From an uncultured delta proteobacterium (GTDB lineage: Bacteria > Desulfobacterota > WTBG01), in assembly GCA_963793865.1 (NCBI GenBank), contig CAWCBP010000001.1, forward strand, positions 1,184,001-1,248,000: DNA of 64,000 bases. Direction: 5' to 3'. The notes beneath the pieces are model-generated. The model had not been told where the DNA came from. It saw nothing but the letters and a program-made list of their open reading frames with translations, and searched no databases. Made by a program: the position numbers and the translations under genes. Positions 62,587 to 64,000 of this stretch are shown one piece after another; within the stretch, counting starts at the first letter, position 1, and every line of letters begins with the position of its first letter.

Positions 62587-64000
62587 ATGCGAACATACAT
62601 AGAATATCTTCTCCGGTGGCGTGTAATGGTGCTGTTTCTCACCTTGCTGCTGGTAGTAACGGGAATAGTTGCGTGGATTTCACTCCCCATCGATGCCTTC
62701 CCTGATGTCACCAATATACAGGTAATGGTTTTAACCGAAGCGCCCGGACTCTCCGCTGTCGACGTGGAACAGCAGATCAGCTATCCGATTGAATTACAGA
62801 TGGGGGGCATCCCCCGGGTTCTGCAGGTTCGTTCGCTTTCCAAAGCCGGACTATCGCAGGTAGTGGTGGTATTCGATGATGATGTGGACATTTACTTCGC
62901 CCGGCAGCAGGTCTTCGAGAGAATACAAACGGCACGAGAAGTCTTACCCCCGTCTGCCGACCCGGAACTGGGACCCATCAGCACGGGACTGGGTGAAATT
63001 TATCAATACACGCTTGAAAGCAGCACGCTCTCACCCATGGAGCTTCGAACCATCCAGGACTACATGGTAAGTCCCCAGCTCAAGCCCATACCCGGGGTAA
63101 ATGAGGTCAACAGCTTTGGCGGGTTCGTCAAGCAATATCATGTCCTGGTCCGGCCCGAATCCTTGTTGAAATACGACCTGACACTCCGCGAGGTTGTTGA
63201 GTCCATCGAAAATAACAACGCCAATGCAGCGGCAGGCTTTATTGTGAAGGGCTGGGAGCAGACCTATATCCGGGGCATGGGACTTCTCAAGGGAACCGAG
63301 GACATAGAACACATCGTTTTGCGAGCGCGGGACGGCATTCCCGTCTATGTTTCCGATATCGCAGAGGTAACGGTGGGGCATCAGCCCCGCCAGGGCGCGG
63401 TAACCCGTGACGGTAAGGGAGAGTCTCTGGCGGGGATGGTGATCATGCTGCGCGGCGCAAACTCAAAAAACGTTGTATCAGCGGTCAAGGGAGCCATCCC
63501 GAAAATCCAGCAGAGCCTGCCCGCAGGGGTCACCATCAATCCCTTTTATGATCGCACCGCACTCATCCAGGCCTGCATTAAAACAGTCACTGATGCGCTG
63601 CTTGAAGGCGGTATCTTCGTCATCCTCATTTTGTTTATCTTTCTCGCGGAATTTCGCACGTCGCTGATTGTGGTCATATCCCTGCCCATCACTTACTTGC
63701 TGACCTTCCCGGTGATGCAATGGGTTGGACTGACATCAAATTTGATGAGTCTGGGAGGGCTGGCGTTCTCGGTGGGAATGGTGGTAGACGCATCCATTGT
63801 TATTACCGAAAACATACGCCGGCATTTCTCTGAAAATAACGACCGCACCCTGCGCAGGGAAATAACCATTCAGTCCGTCTGTGAGGTTGCCAGGCCGGTG
63901 GCATTTTCAATCCTGATCATCGTGGTTGTCCTTTTTCCCCTTCTTTCACTGCAAGGGGTTGAGGGAAAGATGTTTATTCCTCTGGCGCTCACCATGCTCA
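62587..64000 (+). CDS. CusA/CzcA heavy-metal RND permease (partial, runs off the window)
   Basis: MRTYIEY...LPIDAFPDVTNIQV, GPISTGLGEIYQY, NLMSLGGLA..GMVVDASIVITEN, EGKMF.PLA. Confidence 0.93.
   Translation, partial: MRTYIEYLLRWRVMVLFLTLLLVVTGIVAWISLPIDAFPDVTNIQVMVLTEAPGLSAVDVEQQISYPIELQMGGIPRVLQVRSLSKAGLSQVVVVFDDDVDIYFARQQVFERIQTAREVLPPSADPELGPISTGLGEIYQYTLESSTLSPMELRTIQDYMVSPQLKPIPGVNEVNSFGGFVKQYHVLVRPESLLKYDLTLREVVESIENNNANAAAGFIVKGWEQTYIRGMGLLKGTEDIEHIVLRARDGIPVYVSDIAEVTVGHQPRQGAVTRDGKGESLAGMVIMLRGANSKNVVSAVKGAIPKIQQSLPAGVTINPFYDRTALIQACIKTVTDALLEGGIFVILILFIFLAEFRTSLIVVISLPITYLLTFPVMQWVGLTSNLMSLGGLAFSVGMVVDASIVITENIRRHFSENNDRTLRREITIQSVCEVARPVAFSILIIVVVLFPLLSLQGVEGKMFIPLALTML

Overview
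This is a GC-rich bacterial chromosome segment. Gene content and protein style suggest an anaerobic Desulfobacterota (deltaproteobacterium); that assignment is an inference. Core genes: pgpA-cinA-thpR-recA-recX-alaS, bamD, clpB, queC, a stand-alone fusA, murI, plsX, mrp/apbC, tRNA-Sec, tRNA-Val, tRNA-Asp, and the start of a czcCBA-type efflux operon. Notable content: (1) a ~12 kb late cobamide operon (cobU-T-S-C-cbiB-cobD-cbiA-[B12 radical SAM]-[O-methyltransferase]-bzaF-cbiP) that points to a non-standard benzimidazole lower ligand and has a structured attenuator leader without a recognisable B12 riboswitch core; (2) a small integrase-less island between selC and a degenerate copy of the selC 3' half, carrying a secreted subtilase with a dockerin-like tail, followed directly by a secreted cohesin-like protein (candidate non-cellulosomal cohesin-dockerin system); (3) a coiled-coil protein with a 73-residue repeat next to a HEAT-repeat protein; (4) a c-di-GMP-I riboswitch with an enlarged P3 in front of a small unknown gene; (5) a MesB-like folate-independent methionine synthase; (6) several REP/MITE families, including a chimeric element. 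Six genes each carry a single +1 frameshift, most likely sequencing or assembly errors. No CRISPR array, transposase or integrase was seen. All calls come from motif recognition by eye; no searches were run.
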